NCBI GenBank assembly: GCA_051362555.1
Contig: CM120645.1
Coordinates: forward strand, 8,494,001 to 8,558,000
DNA: 64,000 nt
Reading direction: 5' to 3'
DNA from: Lingula anatina
Taxonomy: Eukaryota > Animalia > Brachiopoda
Below the pieces are notes generated by a model, which saw nothing but the letters and a program-made list of their open reading frames with translations, was not told the DNA's origin and searched no databases. The translations under genes were made by a program, and so were the position numbers. This document shows, piece by piece, positions 36,601 through 47,800 of this stretch. Each line of letters starts with the position of its first letter. Position 1 is the first letter of the stretch.

Positions 36601-38623
36601 CTTATACAGATACAAATGCTTCTAATTTTTCTGTGGCCCATCAAAATGTGTCTTTATCAACGTCGATATTTACTGTTGGACCAGAAATGACGACATCTGG
36701 ACTACATTTTACAGATTCTGTAAACAACTTAAATGCTTCCACATCTTTGGAAGCCAATATGACATCGCCAGCAAATGACATTAAAAATGTGACGTCACCA
36801 GCGAATGACGTCAGTACCAGTTCAACGCCCACCATTTCTGCGACGCAGCCGGACGCTTCGATTCAAACAACAGAGAGTGGTAAGCAACTCTGTTGGTTGT
36901 CTTATTTTAATTTTAAAAACATCTTGACATCACACAGCATTAGTTAAAATGAAAACGTAAATAAAAATTTAACAGTTCTGCTGTGCGTTGGAAAACGGTT
37001 AGAATAGAAATTGATTCAAAAGCTCCTTGTCCGTGGCACTTGAAATGCCAATATTGTTGAAGAAATGAAAAAAAAAAACTTACCGGCATTGGAACTGTGC
37101 AAGAACATACCATTGTGCAATGTCTTATTTTATAGGAACTGAATGAACCAAAACATAAATTTAAATATTCACCAACTTTTTCACAAATCATGACTGTTTC
37201 CTTGATAATCTTCAATTCGCGTTTGTTAATTGCTTAAAATATCGTCATAGTTTGGCGTCATCTTTCTGTATTCATGGTAGACCATATGCCTGTTATTGCA
37301 TCTCTAACTTTATCCCTTCGATAAGAGGTCCATTTAAACCCTTGTCATCGTTTCAGTCATTACTCACTGCGCCTTCTTCCAAAACGTCACCAACGCCGAG
37401 GCCGACAAGGTGAATACGTCAGTTGGGGCGGTGATCGTTTACACGTGTGTGAACGGGACTACCTTTCCGGCTGGCGGCACCAACCGAACGACCAGATGCA
37501 CGGAAAAGGGGAAATGGAACTCTTTGGTGTCAGCTTGCTCTGGTAAGATGGTGTTGTCTTTGAAAAGGAGATCGTGAACGAGTTTCTGTTGCATTTGAAG
37601 TCATGCAGTGCGCGTAAAATCCTTTTATTAAAAAATATGTTTAGTAATTTTCCTGGAAACTTGAGCAATGTTCCTTTTATTGCCGAGGTAGATTTGTACT
37701 TTAGCCAAAATATTGAAGAAAATGCAACCCCTAAACCCGGTTTTGCGTTTTAAATTTTTAGTTTTTTAAACTGAAAATCGCCACTGAAAACTGAGAATCG
37801 TCAGTCCGATCGCTTCCTCCATTTTGAGAGAGACCAAAAAAAAAAAAAAAAAAGAAAAAAAAGAAACTTGAGACCTCAGATAAGGTTTCTGTGGACGATT
37901 TTGGGTATGGTATACCATGGTGATTAGGCAAAAATTGTTGAGATTCCCGTTTTTTTTTTTGCTATTTTGAAACCTTACACTCATTCAGTGCCTTATCAAA
38001 ACTAGTTGTGCATGAAATTGAATGTAAAGGTATTAATCCTCAAAATTACTATGTTACTTTCTCTCTCTCTCTCTCTCTCTCTCTTGATTTTCTTAATTAA
38101 AATATCATTATCTAAGGCTGTCAAATCCCATATTTATGACTATATTAAAAACTGAAGATTAATTTTCGTTTTTTATATGCTTTCCGAAAGAATTAAATTC
38201 TCCTCATGTTGTCATAGTTATTTCATTAAAGTTTTTTTTTTTTTTATTTCAGAGATTGTGGTAAGAGTGGTGAAACGAGCCAGGCGTCTTCCTCCCTTAG
38301 AAGCCCCAGGCGCACCCATTTTTGGGTCTTTCGGACTTGCAATCTTGTTAGCTATAGTACTTACCATCATTATCAGTGACTTGGCAACGCTGCAGATGCA
38401 ACTCAGAATGATGAGACGCAACGTGAACTCCTATTTTTCGTTTAAATCCAGAAAACTTATCGTGAAGGAGAAAACGGAGGGGGGTCGTCACAAGCTGGCG
38501 GATAAAGAAAAGCGTGCCCCTGATTCTTCGAGGCAGTGTCTTGTATCTATTGACGGATCATCCAGCGCGCATGGGCACGTGCACCCGTCAACCTCAAAGG
38601 ATCCGAGGTTTTACCATATATGA
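20147..38623 (+). CDS. Type-I transmembrane protein: signal peptide, 2x TSP1, 2x C-type lectin, 7x CCP/sushi, Ser/Thr stalk, CCP, TM, cytoplasmic tail
   Basis: Exons: 20147-20180 (MKRWLVLVLCL), 23127-23303 (TSP1, WSAWGPWSDC), 31945-32124 (TSP1, WSSWSTWSPC), 32609-32773 + 32996-33217 (CTL1), 33736-33921 + 34382-34624 (CTL2, WTSG…QPN…WVD), 34936-36879 (7 CCP + stalk), 37357-37542 (CCP), 38253-38623 (TM FGLAILLAIVLTIII). All introns are phase 1, GT-AG. Linking exons 1-2 across the 8.6-kb intron is inferred. Confidence 0.85.
21315..21640 (+). mobile_element. tRNA-derived SINE with Nin/Deu-like central core
   Basis: A box TGGTGCACGGT (~21325), B box GGTTCAAATCC (21368-21378), core ATACCAG..TTTATAAACGGTACCTGCTG..CCCGCTTGGCACTCAGCA, and a (TAAA)n tail. 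Confidence 0.8.
32250..32310. repeat. (TA)n microsatellite
   Basis: Visible run. Confidence 0.95.
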
Positions 38624-38770
38624 CTCTTGTCATTGTTGTCTGCTTCAAAACATGTTCATTTTGCTAAATTTTTGCAGCACCAGGAATGACCCTCAGATTA
38701 GAGGATTGTTAACCCGATCTTAAGTTGATTAAAATATATGTTGGCACAGATGACGTGGCACACGTAACAA

Positions 38771-38810
<40 letters not shown>

Positions 38811-39858
38811 AAGGTTTGGTCCACAAAACGACTTACCGGTCTTAGATCAAAGACTTAGCGTGGAATTTGAATGACTCTAGATCATATTGTGATTGCCCTA
38901 ACCAAGGAGGTACATCTTGTATAACTCTTTGTCCTAACTGTGCTTCTTGCTATCACTTGTGGCATATGAATAGGTGTCGATTACATTTATTGTGGGGGAA
39001 GCGTCCGTAAAACACTCTTACTATATATATATATTTTAAAAAATTCACTTAACGTTCACATGGTCGGCTATACAAGTTTCTTTTATTTAACTACACCGCG
39101 TAAGCTCAAAAACTCCATTTGTTCTTTTAATATTATAATATTGAGATATTTGTGCCCTTTTGGTATGTAAGCCAGGCGGTTTGTGATGTATAATCATGTT
39201 TTGTTTTTATATCTGTTTATTGCAACATTCTTAACGCAATTAATGTAGTGAAATTTAAATGTAAAGACACGTGTATGTGAATTTAATAAGCGTATTTGCA
39301 TGAACTGTATCAAAACGCGTTAAGTAGGCCCATAGCAACATACAGTATGATTGTGCATTTCATTGAATTAAAGCATATTCTCTTTATTCCTCAATATATA
39401 CCATATCCAAAACTGCTGATGAAATTACACTCTATATCTCGTTGTTGAGGTAGCATTTTACATTTCATCGATAAGAGTGAAAGTCACAAGTCTCTGTTGT
39501 CAAAATGGAATAGATTAAAATAACAAATTAAAATTCGAAAACCTGACTCTACATGTATCTAATCTCACTTCAGGAAATCCAAACCCTGGATTTGGTCTTC
39601 TGGTGTTACATTTTACAACCAAACCGGTTTAGGTCTAAATTGTGCTGCGTAAACTATAACTAAAAAATCCATCTTGTTTTAAAGATTTTATTAAATGTAA
39701 TTGTACTAAAATCTTTACAAAGGCATGTTAAGTGGATAACAACTGTTAATTTTTCCCAAAAATGATATTTCTTGATATAAACGACAAATTTCCCATAGTA
39801 GGCCTAACCAATGGCTCATGAATCTTTTCTGACATTCAAATTAAAGTTAGGCCTAGTC

Positions 39859-39860
<2 letters not shown>

Positions 39861-39900
<40 letters not shown>
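39861..39900. repeat. (TG)n microsatellite
   Basis: Visible run. Confidence 0.95.
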
Positions 39901-39903
<3 letters not shown>

Positions 39904-40649
39904 ATGTGAGTGTGTTTTTTTTTTCTAAAAAGTATTTTATTGTAATGATCTTTTAAGAGATTAATACAGATGATAGTCATCTATGGAGGTCACGTGGTCT
40001 AATGGCAGGCACGGAGGCCAGTGTATTTGTGATAACCTCTGTTTTGGTGGTAGCATTTATTATATTTCTGTGGGTTGATTTCAATGTATTTATTATGAAA
40101 TATGGATCTCATATGAAAAGTTGTTTTCTCTTTAATTTTTGTACTTTTAGTAATGAACAAGAGAAGCGTTAGGTGATTTTTGATGCAAGCGTCACTGAAT
40201 TATCGTAGGTGTTTATTTCTTTGTCCTTTTAACACTTATGTGATAACGGAAAACGTTGTTAAAGCTGTGATCTAATAAAGTCGATTTTTTCTTTTTTATT
40301 GTGTATTTCTTTATTACTGCTTATCAAGAGAGAGCGCAAGAGAAAGGCTTTAAAAATTTTCTTCGAGTATAATGAACTTATAAACTGTTATTTAGATGAA
40401 CTTGGGTTATTTCCAAACATATTTTTCTACATATTTAATTTTTGCCAGTACCACGCAGGGCCTCCGGATTCATTTAGCACTGCATGATCAGCACTGCGGT
40501 TATTATCAGATCTACCTTATTATCTAAATATGACAGCATATACTTGACTCAGAAAAATGCTTTCCTCGATTTTTTAAATCAGTCAAACCACATCTAAAGA
40601 ACGCCTTAAGTATTTGCGTAGTCCCGTGTCAAAAGGCATATTTTTACCA

Positions 40650-40805
40650 GAAAAATACTATCGATAGATCTATAATGCGTTAGCGAAGACAAAGAAATTT
40701 AAATTTACAAAAATAACCTTGACCCAGTTCCCGAAGCCATGTAACCCGCCATAATTCGCACGCTCTACTTTAACCGCTCTTATCGAAAAAAAGGTCGCGG
40801 GCAAG
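40650..40805 (+). promoter_or_regulatory. Probable promoter and non-coding first exon of the EMI/SEA/Cys-repeat gene
   Basis: DRE-like TATCGATA at 40659-40666, a CpG-richer segment, and a strong donor AAG|gtaagc after 40805. Confidence 0.45.
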
Positions 40806-41169
40806 GTAAGCTTTATCCATTTTCACGTTCACATTTAATACCAACTCAATATACTTGAATTCAGTGATAGTGTATTTCATTAAGACGGTAGCCCTAATCA
40901 TTGCTAATAAATTGATTTCATTATTTAAAGAGTATGTGGTTGTCACGGTACATGTACCTGTATGAATGAATTCTCCGAAGTTCAGGTGGGAAATAGAGAA
41001 ATGGAGTAACTCAGTTTAAGGGTGCGCTCACAATTGATCTATTTTACTAAATCCGCGGAACACATACTGGCATTGAGTAGAATACAGCTAGGAAAGCTGG
41101 TGATTAGAGGAGTACATAGGAAATAATCTGATTGCATTCAGCAAGAGTCCCCAAAGAACTAGTGCCCCT

Positions 41170-41407
41170 CAGGGGCAGATCCAGGATCATTTGAAGGGGG
41201 GGGTCTGCGGATGCCCCTCCCCCTCCCCACGTGGCGTGGGGTTTGGGGCCCGCTGAAGGGCCCGAGAAATTTTGGTATTTTAGAGGGCGAACGGTGCCAT
41301 TTGGTACTGTTTAGAACTATGATTCAGTCAAAATTCTAATTTTAAGAGGGGACCAGAAATCAAAGGAGGGGTCAGGACCCCTGACCCCCCTTCTAAATCA
41401 GCCACTG
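41170..41407. mobile_element. MITE with CAGGGGC(A/G)GAT TIRs and 5-bp TSD (hAT5-like)
   Basis: CAGGGGCAGATCCAGG...CTAAATCAGCCACTG flanked by CCCCT on both sides. Confidence 0.65.
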
Positions 41408-41450
41408 CCCCTGTACCTAGTATGGTGATTTCATTGTGAACGCAACCTAA

Positions 41451-41637
41451 GGCAGCATTCACAACCAAGTTGATCCGAAGACCAACTAGTCTGTGGCGCT
41501 TACTTAATGACAATGGATCCCCCCACCTCGCCATCCCAGAACAGAGTAATTAAATTTCAGCACCCTTTCAAGTGGGTAGCGCCATATTTGGTCCGTGGAC
41601 TAGTTAGTCTGAGGATCACCTGTTTCTGATTGCGCCC
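41451..41637. mobile_element. Degenerate PIF/Harbinger-like MITE
   Basis: TAA flanks; imperfect TIRs GGCAGCATTCACAACCAAGTTGATCC..GACCAACTAGTC vs GACTAGTTAGTC..GGATCACCTGTTTCTGATTGCGCCC. Confidence 0.55.
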
Positions 41638-41640
41638 TAA

Positions 41641-41897
41641 GGCTTCGTTCACATGCAATGTCTATTTTCTAAATTCTATTTTCTATTCGCTCTATCTTAT
41701 GATCACGGTCTGTGCACTGAATATCCCGCCGCGTAATTACTGGCAGCGCGAGCCAGTTACTTATAGTAACTTATAGTAACTGGCTCGCGCTGCCGGTAAT
41801 TACGCGGCGGGATATTCAGTGCACAGACCGTGATCATAAGACATGCCGCAAATAGAAAATAGAATTTAGAAAATAGACATTGCATGTGAACGAAGCC
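41641..41897. mobile_element. Palindromic PIF/Harbinger MITE
   Basis: TAA TSD; GGCTTCGTTCACATGCAATG...CATTGCATGTGAACGAAGCC; nearly the whole element is an inverted repeat. A second copy starts at 63966. Confidence 0.9.
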
Positions 41898-41998
41898 TAA
41901 GTCTTGTTTTGTAGAATATGTATATTTTCTTAATATTACTGTCTGAGAACATACAGTTGTATGTGTATACACAGCTCACTTTTTGAGACAGAAAGAAG

Positions 41999-42649
41999 AT
42001 GAGTTATTCACCATGGCTTGTCCTGCTTGCCATTGTAATGATGCCCAGCATAGGAACAGTGAGCTCCCTCTCAGGGTAAGTCAACACTGCTAGTGTGATT
42101 TTTAAAATTTTAATTACAATTTTTAAATAACACAAGGCCATATGTTTCACAAAGGAACTTAATAACCAGAAGTTCCTCTTAATTTCAAGACCAAAATTTA
42201 AATTTAAGTTTTGACTTGAAATAAAGCAGTACCTGTAGTAGTCCACTAAATTAAAACTTTTTGGGTGATTTCTAACAGGAAAGGTAGGTAAAGGTACCCC
42301 TTACAAGTGTTGTGTTCACCGTTTTTCTCAAATTTAGTGACTGATCAAAAATTTTCTCTACAGTTAACATGTAAACAGCTAGTTTATTATTGTCATCATT
42401 ATTATTATTATTATTATTGTAGAAGAAGGGAGAGAAGAGGATACTGCAGAATCTAAGCTACAGTGAAAAGTCCATCATTTCTGTGTATAATTGTACAGTA
42501 AAATATTAGTGTATTTCTTACAGACATGTATGTACTACCAGAACAGGCTATATAGCCACAGGGTACCTGCCTAGCTGGCAGTCAGATTTCGCAAAATATT
42601 TCCTCAACTGTGGCTTTATGGGATTTGGCAGGTGTACCAGACAAAGGTA

Positions 42650-42681
<32 letters not shown>

Positions 42682-44840
42682 TATAATGATGATGATGATA
42701 ATAATAATAAGAAGAATTGTCATAATAATGCTTTATTTTTATATCATTATGGTGCATTCAGTTAAAAAGTCATCACTCTTTACAAATTTAAGCTAATGTT
42801 ACAAATTGCTTATTAAAGTCTAAAATTTTCAATCTAAAAGAGTAACTAATTAAGCGTATAAAATGCGCCTCAGGAAAAACAGTTTAAGGTGTTGTTATTA
42901 ATTGTATCCCCTTCCAAAATGTCTTGTAACCAATGTGTAACATTGTAACAGGTTTAAAAAAATTAGTTGTCTTCTTGCAGAAAGTATATTTTTATGAGCG
43001 TCTTAGGGTGCTTTCCCAGAGATTTAGATCGATCTAGAGATTAAGATTTAGATCGACCTAACTCCCTGGGGGTTCACGCTAAATTGCAGTCAGCCGAGCA
43101 GGCACCATAGTTAATTACCCCCTTACAGCTTTTAGTAGGCGGGACAGACGCTTAAGCTGGCCAAGCCCAATCTAGTGAGACTCCCCACAGGGATAGATCG
43201 ATCTAAAAATCCTCTGCCAGTGAAGGATTTTAGGTTTTCATCATGCTGATTTATTGATTTATTAGTGATTTGTTGATTTATAAGATATTTCATTATTATT
43301 TGCAAAGTTTAAAAAATCCACAGTATTTATGATATCATAGTTATTCAGAAGGGACATATGCTATTACAAATCCAACTGAATCCTGGTCACCTAATATTAT
43401 TTGAATGACATTATTACCATATTGGAGATTGCTTGGTCTGTGCTCTAGGAGTGCTCTCTTGTAACTTTAAGTTTAAATATTAAATAACATTTTTATCTTA
43501 ACTTTAATATTAAAAGTTTTCTGTTCCAGACAGGTCAGCAGGCAGACCAGCACCCTGCAGAGGTTCAGGAGGTACAGGTTAGAGCAGGTGTGTTGTCCTG
43601 GCTGGAGACAGGTCGGGGATGATTGCAACACAGGTAATAAACTCTGGATCACCTGAGAATGGTTACAACAACCTGGGCTACATGGGGTCGGTTATGACAA
43701 TCTGGGTTACCCAGGGCTGATTACAACACCCTAGGTAACCTGGGTCTGGGTACAAAACACCCTGGGGAACCTGGGTCAGTTACAACACCCTGGGTTACCT
43801 GGGGCTGGTTACAACAACCTTGGTTATAACAAGATTAAAACATGTCAAGACTTTTTAAGAAACAATATAATTTGTTTTACTAAAAAATATTTATATGAGT
43901 CACCTGTTATAATAAAAAAATTGCAGGTGACAAGTTTGACATTCCTCATATTTCAGCCATCTGTACTGGAGGCTGTGGCCATGGAAGTTGCGTGTCACCA
44001 GATAGCTGTGTGTGTGTCCCGGGGTATGGGGGAACGACATGTGACACAGGTGAGTGACACTGAATGACAGGAGGGAACATGTTCAGGACAGTTGACATGT
44101 TGATTGTGACATTTTGAGTAGGACTACAACATTGGCAATTGTGCAAAATATTTGTGGAACATAATCTGAAAATTAGAAAAATTCTGATCATGTAAATATG
44201 TTGAGAATCTTTCTGCAGATTTTTAATGGTTAACATGCATGAATCCTGACAGGTATGCCAAAAACATTATCAAAGGTATTCAGTATGAACAAAAGAAATA
44301 CATCTAAAATTTAGCTCCTTGCTTTTTGGTGCTTGATTTTATCAATTAATCTCTATTTGTTTAAGCATTTTTTAAAATTATAATATATATCAACCAGTTT
44401 ATATCATGCAGTTCTGGCACATTTTCACAACGGCTGTGTCCTAATAATTGCAAATTACAATAATGAAGGAACACCACTGCATATAATTGACACTTTCCAT
44501 TGTATTCTAGATATTGATGAATGTGAGATCAACAACGGCGGCTGCGCGCACACATGCACCAATACCGTAGGCAGCTACACATGCTCCTGTAAGGAAGGCT
44601 TCATCTTGAATGGCACTCATGATTGTCAAGGTACAGTGAAAATATAATATACTTCTTTAGTCTCTACCCAAAACTTTTAGCCTGCTAGCAGTTTAGACCA
44701 CCAGGGGGTCCATATCACCAGAGAGCTTTAGACAGAATTTAAATTTTTAAGCCATAAATTGGTCTTTTTTATTTCAAGATAAATCCACACTTCAGTAGTC
44801 TATTAAAATAAGTTAGTATTGGTCTGAAAAAAGGTGCAAG

Positions 44841-44873
<33 letters not shown>

Positions 44874-47800
44874 GGTCATAACTTCACTTGGAAAGTTGCT
44901 ATAGTCAAACCTGACACAGATTTTTCTTTAATTTCAGAGGAGTTTGTTTCTCACAGTACAAGAATAGTTCTGGGTAGCCTCAAAGTTGTTGATAAAAGGT
45001 ACCCCTTCTCTACTGACCTGAAGAACCCAGCCTCTGCACAACACAAAAAGTATGCCAGAGAGTTTGAACAACAGGTTGGTACTAGCACTTGGTTCATGCT
45101 CTGTGAAATACCCTTGTGAAATTTTCCAATAGGACATCCTGTAGGACTCTATCGGAATGCTACAGGACCCTTGGGACACTAGGAATTTTATTGTACATAC
45201 TTTAGGAAAGAAATACAGGGTTTGGGGGCCAATTTCCTATTGGACGTCCTATAAGAATTGGAGGGGGTGCAGATTTCATTTATCAGTCATTTTTAGACCA
45301 GCAACATCATGTACAGTAAAAATGCCTTATCTGCAACGGGTTTCATGTTTTCAGATTGATCAAGTAACAAAGGGGAGTAAATTTGGCTCATCTTTTGACA
45401 GAGTGGAAGTGACAGGCTTCAGGTAGCCAATCAGTGGAGAGCTTATATTGTTGAATGTTGATTGTTGAATGTTGACTGTTTCTTTGATGAATTATAACTC
45501 TTTTGTTGTGTAAAGGAATTGTACTTTTGATGACTAAATAAAATTCTTTTTTTTAAACAAACCCTTCATGTAAGAACTGAAAAAAAATTTCTCACCAAAA
45601 GGAAAGCAAAATTTTCTGTAATTTTTCCCTTTCAAACCTATTAAAATAGGTTGAGAAAATTATGCAAAACCCAAAAATTAAATTAATATTGAAGTTTTTT
45701 GGAGTGCTTATTGCTAAGCACTTTAGATGCAAGCTTTTCAAAAACAATTCCAATAATTAATTTTTATGCCATTTTGTTCCAGTGATGATGAAGTCACAGT
45801 TGACTTTGTGTTATTTTTCAACCAAGATGTCCAGATTACACAAGAGGCCAGTAAGCAGGAAGGAAGCGCTATTGGAGATTTTAACAATCTTTTTGTGAAC
45901 CAGACCAAATCGAGCAATGGAAAAGTTCTCCTTGGTTCTTTAGAAATAATGGGAAATGCTACAAGATTATGGGCAGGCTAGTGCACAGCCTTATTTTAAA
46001 CGTGATTAAAAGTTATTGTCAAGAGTTGAAAAATTACAAACCAAATGAATTCATAAACTGTTGAATTGCTGTGTCTAAAGTGGGATCTTGAACTTATACA
46101 TATAATAGGGGGAAAATTACCTGAAAAGTAAAAGAAGTAGGTGAGATGCAAGATAACCATGATATTGTTTTCATGAGAATGTTTTGGTTATTTTAGACAA
46201 TTAAAGTATACATTTTATGTAAAAATATGTAGTAAATTTCAATAGAAACTGTCATGTTTTAACTGATCATAAAAATTTAAAAGATGAATTTTCTTATCTA
46301 ATAGTTCTTCTTTATAGGAGAATACACACTTACTCCAGACTCCGGGCGCTGCGTGGACTGCCAGGGTGGCTATTATTGCACGCTCACAAAAGAAACACCC
46401 TGCGGTAAGGGAAAATACAGTAAAGAGGGCGCCAGCTCATGTGACTCGTGTCCAGCAGGTTACCACTGCCCTCTGTCCACTACTACGGACCCAGAGCCGT
46501 GTCCAGCTGGAAGTTATTCCATGCCAGGTGCAGTGGTCTGTTCCCCTTGTCCAGTTGGAAATGGGTGTCCACTGCCTGCCATGAGTTCTCCTTCACTGTG
46601 CCAGAATGGGACTTACTCCGAGTCTGCTGGGGCAGTTAACTGTGTGCCATGTCCAGCAGGTAAGAGAGAGAGATTCGCTTGCTGAAGCATAGACCTGGAA
46701 GTTATTTTTTTACAAAAGACAAATAAATATGTATGTGATCAAATAAATGAATGAAAATGAATAAATATATGAAGATAAATGAATGAAATGAAATATAAAT
46801 GAAAAAGAATGAAAAAGCAAAAATTTCATTTGAAGTTGTAGGCATAGTTGAACTTACTACTTTATTTTTAGATTGAGGCGTGGAAGTGTGCTCAAGTAAT
46901 ATTTTTAATTATTTGAAACATTATCCATTTCTTTCTTGTTATAATCATGTATTGAGTAATATTTCATTTAATTGGATTAATGCTGATTTATTTTTGGTGA
47001 AACCAAACTAATTTGGCCTCAACATTAACACCAATTCTCAAGTCTGTTTGAAAGAGGCTTTGTCTATCCATCTTGCACCACCTAACATATTTATTCACCC
47101 TCAATCTGCTTAAAAAATTTTTTTCTTCAAATGTATTGGATAATTTATATACAAATTTTTTAAATTATTTATTCGATGATGTTTTTGTCAGCTGGCAAAT
47201 TACATATAGTCCATATTGGATATGGCTGCCATATTAGAAATTTCAGACATGCCTTTACAACCAGATATACTCAGAATAGCATTTCTACAACTGTGTCAAG
47301 TTTCTTGCTGACAGTTAAAAGTGCACTGCTAACTTTTTCCTGCACCATGTTGTTGGACAAATGTATACATTTAAATATGAAAATCTTTCAGGCAAGCAGT
47401 GTGTCAATCCTGCCCAGGTTCCAGTCCTCTGTCCAGTGGGCACCTATAGTCCAGCTGGGTGGTCAGTCTGTCTGCAGTGTACGGATGGTTACTTTACAGA
47501 CTCAGAAGGGTCAGTCACATGTGACCCATGTCCAGCTGGTCATTCATGTCTTAACAAGACAGAGCCTCCAACTCAATGTCCTCCTGGGACCTATAGCCCT
47601 GGTGGGCGAGCGGCTTGCCTGGACTGTCCAGATGGAGATTTCACCATAACCCAAGGGTCGACATCCTGCACCCCTTGTCCAGCTGGTCACTCTTGTGTGG
47701 ACCATGCCGCGGCCCCCGTACCATGTGCCCCCGGCCAGCACAGTCCCGGGAGTAGTAAGTACTGCACACTGTGTGGCGCGGGGCAATTCAAAGAGAATCC

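Noticed and set aside
35363-36835. Antisense ORFs within the large CCP exon
   Set aside because: Shadows of the 707-codon sense frame, with no domain features.
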